64,000 nucleotides of DNA, taken from positions 1-64,000 of the IMG/VR virus record IMGVR_UViG_3300045988_104133; one strand, given 5' to 3'. The translations under genes were made by a program, and so were the position numbers. The notes under the pieces are model-generated. The model searched no databases and was not told where the DNA came from. It saw only the letters and a program-made list of their open reading frames with translations. The stretch comes from a virus. Position 1 is the stretch's first letter, and the number at the start of each line of letters is the position of its first letter. Of the stretch, positions 62,812-64,000 are shown piece by piece.

Positions 62812-63189
62812 TTAGTTCAACGAAATCACCAATGCCCAAACGAGCATTGTTGATGCAAGACGCAATCCAACCCCCATCAGGTAGGCAGAAGGCTCGCCGC
62901 CGTGTTCCAAGTCAGTATATTCCTCGATGGCATCGCAGACGTGAGAAGCTTCATGGCAGCAATAGTTCATCGACATAACCTTCCGACACGGAAACGATAC
63001 AAGAACGCCGCGCCTTCTGTCGCTCTTTCTGACAGCATCGGAATACGTAACGCCGCCGTAATCAATATCGGGAGCCTTACATTTGTCAAAGCAGGAATCT
63101 ATCAGCTCTTTCAGGTCTTTACCGATGTGTACCCAAAGTTTCAAAGGGTAGATTCCGTTTCCATATTCGTAATATCCTTTCTTCTTCAT
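62812..63189 (-). CDS. Small putative zinc metallopeptidase (HExxH)
   Basis: Contains the motif CCHEASHV (H-E-x-x-H). 125 aa. Confidence 0.4.
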   Translation of the reverse strand: MKKKGYYEYGNGIYPLKLWVHIGKDLKELIDSCFDKCKAPDIDYGGVTYSDAVRKSDRRRGVLVSFPCRKVMSMNYCCHEASHVCDAIEEYTDLEHGGEPSAYLMGVGLRLASTMLVWALVISLN

Positions 63190-63470
63190 ACCTCATCGTT
63201 TTTATGTTTCTCCCACCCTGCTTTTGAAAAGGCATACCAAGTATCACAAATGTCTAGAGCAAGAACGTCTCCTTGATTAATACATAAATCGCTTTTAATA
63301 CCTTCAACATGAACATACATCACTGCTAAAGCATCATAAGGATTACTACGACCTTCTATAAACGGATTTTTAAAGAACTTGGTCTTGTATACACTAGTAA
63401 CAATAGGCACTTGAAGAACATCTGAAATATTCTCTGTGCTAATCTCTATCGACTTCTTAAACTTCTTCAT
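63186..63470 (-). CDS. Hypothetical protein
   Basis: 94-aa ORF with a 4-nt overlap with the downstream gene. Confidence 0.5.
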   Translation of the reverse strand: MKKFKKSIEISTENISDVLQVPIVTSVYKTKFFKNPFIEGRSNPYDALAVMYVHVEGIKSDLCINQGDVLALDICDTWYAFSKAGWEKHKNDEV

Positions 63471-63568
63471 ATTCTCAAATATTTATTTTGGATACAATCT
63501 CGATGGCAGACAATAATGTCTTCTCGCTGATACCTTTTCCACTACCAACACCATCTTTCTCTATCTTT

Positions 63569-63955
63569 TCAATGGAACTCTTTATAGAGCATACTGCTTA
63601 TAGAGCATACTGCATCATTTATGCTATCTGCACTACTCATCGTATTTTCGATAGCTGATTGCAGCTCATCGAAACGCTTGTCTATATAATCCTTCAATCT
63701 TTCTTCGTGCTCTATAACGTTTATAGAGTTTGCGATTTTTGCATGCGTCCAGTTTTCTTCTACACATGCATAATAATCGCCTTTTGTATCATCATGAATC
63801 TTGGAAGACACAACTCTTAGACACACGAAATCGTCTCCATCCATTACAGCATACACACCCTCTCCTGATGGGTATAGTTCGGCTTTCGCCTTATTATCCC
63901 TACTTTCTCCTTGTATGTATGCGACCTTTCCTAAAACGTTAACTCTAATTTCCAT
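63569..63955 (-). CDS. Hypothetical protein
   Basis: 128-aa ORF. Confidence 0.5.
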   Translation of the reverse strand: MEIRVNVLGKVAYIQGESRDNKAKAELYPSGEGVYAVMDGDDFVCLRVVSSKIHDDTKGDYYACVEENWTHAKIANSINVIEHEERLKDYIDKRFDELQSAIENTMSSADSINDAVCSISSMLYKEFH

Positions 63956-64000
63956 ATCTCAACTATTTATTATGTAACCTACCAATATGCCACTTTGAGC

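Noticed and set aside
1-64000. Calling firm prophage boundaries or a lysogeny module with integrase
   Set aside because: A repressor, an antirepressor, Xis-like HTH proteins and a half-tRNA are present. No integrase or second att copy is visible, so the integration state cannot be decided from this window.

Overview
This window is almost entirely a large tailed-phage or prophage genome. Bacteroidales-type promoter boxes (TAnnTTTG) point to a Bacteroidota host. No integrase, reverse transcriptase or CRISPR array is visible. All calls rest on reading the supplied translations and DNA by eye, with no searches run.

Layout:
- 1-46: the 3' half of a tRNA-Gly(CCC)-like gene, a possible att core.
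- 133-1151 (-): a moron-like lipoprotein and an XRE/CI-type repressor.
- 1202-1266: an operator/promoter region.
- 1411-25105 (+): a long early block. It carries a Bro-N/KilAC antirepressor, a five-member tRNA array that encloses a ~550-nt ORF-free structured spacer, and a recombination/replication set (DUF1064 nuclease, RecT-like protein, PD-(D/E)xK nuclease, SNF2 helicase, DUF3127 SSB-like protein, NinB-like protein). It also holds many small ORFs (DUF551, YopX, Cys-rich micro-proteins), RtcB RNA ligase, a DUF2829/Tad2-like protein and a DUF1653-dUTPase fusion.
- 25206-56275 (-): the late block. It runs from lysis genes (GH108 endolysin, holin-like protein), through promoter/terminator-bounded accessory cassettes, a 2964-aa tail fibre with an S74 chaperone domain and an AT-rich swapped segment, Dit, a 2297-aa tape measure and G/GT chaperones with an A10 slippery run, to tail, neck, capsid and scaffold genes.
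- 56422-61089 (+): a divergent packaging block with TerL, portal and a head-morphogenesis protein.
- 61290-63955 (-): a further block with a DUF1599/MazG-like protein and an HExxH protein.

The most unusual items are the aberrant tRNA-like genes, the structured spacer, two promoter-to-terminator small-RNA candidates, a recurrent late-gene motif (TTCAGGATAACA) and the mosaic fibre.
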